Shown here piece by piece: positions 35,113 through 35,429 of a DNA stretch of 35,429 nucleotides; positions within the stretch are counted from its first letter, which is position 1; each line of letters begins with the position of its first letter. The translations under genes were made by a program, and so were the position numbers. The notes beneath the pieces are model-generated. The model saw only the letters and a program-made list of their open reading frames with translations. It was not told where the DNA came from and did no database searches. Origin of the DNA: Candidatus Woesearchaeota archaeon (GTDB lineage: Archaea; Nanobdellota; Nanobdellia; Woesearchaeales; ARS49); NCBI GenBank assembly GCA_026394935.1, contig JAPLZR010000081.1, positions 4,178 to 39,606 on the forward strand, given 5' to 3'.

Positions 35113-35429
35113 ATGAAAGAAATGCATTATGGTTTTTTCAGGAAATGGAAGGATTTCTTTGTGCATCCGTCAGAGATGTTTGAGTCTTTGCTTTTGGAGC
35201 CGGTTGAAAGGACTGCTACGATTATTGTTCCTCAGCTTTTGATTTTGTTCGTGCTTAATTATTTTGTATACACGATGGGGGATTATACTGCGTTTGCTAA
35301 CCTTCTGCCTAATTATTTTCAGAATCTGGGGTTTTCCTTTATTTTGATATTGGTGGCTTCGTATTTCTTCTTTATGCACGGTTTTATGAGATTGCTTGGC
35401 GGTTCTGGCTCGATGGCTGATACTTTTGC
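35113..35429 (+). CDS. Yip1-like membrane protein, 3'-partial (not in the ORF track)
   Basis: GGGTGG RBS. MKEMHYGFFRKWKDFFVHPSEMFE...hydrophobic segments...RLLGGSGSMADTF runs off the window. Confidence 0.6.
   Translation, partial: MKEMHYGFFRKWKDFFVHPSEMFESLLLEPVERTATIIVPQLLILFVLNYFVYTMGDYTAFANLLPNYFQNLGFSFILILVASYFFFMHGFMRLLGGSGSMADTF

Noticed and set aside
1..35429. tRNA/rRNA genes and autonomous transposase or integrase genes
   Set aside because: No cloverleaf/T-loop signature or rRNA-like tract was seen in the intergenic gaps, and no ORF shows recognisable DDE, HUH or tyrosine-recombinase motifs.

Overview
Archaeal chromosomal segment, most likely a DPANN/Nanobdellota (Woesearchaeales-like) organism; this is inferred from rpl15e, an archaeal family-B DNA polymerase, BRE/TATA promoters and a grpE-dnaK-dnaJ locus. 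Core genes are polB, rpl15e, grpE-dnaK-dnaJ, an ABC-2 exporter and a 1912-aa Ig/cadherin-like surface protein. Three accessory patches interrupt them: (1) a RelE-like plus two winged-helix islet behind polB; (2) a minus-strand cluster of a sigma70-region-2-like protein, a Ser/Thr kinase-membrane fusion, a SelO-like pseudokinase, a helical protein and a PGF-CTERM beta-carbonic anhydrase; (3) an A-rich island (about 27.9-32.2 kb) with YdeI, MNT/HEPN, DUF3841-like and YafQ-like genes, bounded by short direct repeats and holding a REP-doublet-like palindrome. The most striking signal is a repeated displaced-gene-tail architecture. Diverged, in-frame copies of the 3' ends of polB (72 bp), the kinase (222 bp) and the sigma-like gene (about 25 bp) sit just past the cargo genes, nested last-in-first-out (A-B-C-b'-a'). 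No integrase is present in the window. All family assignments come from motif recognition by eye; no database searches were run.
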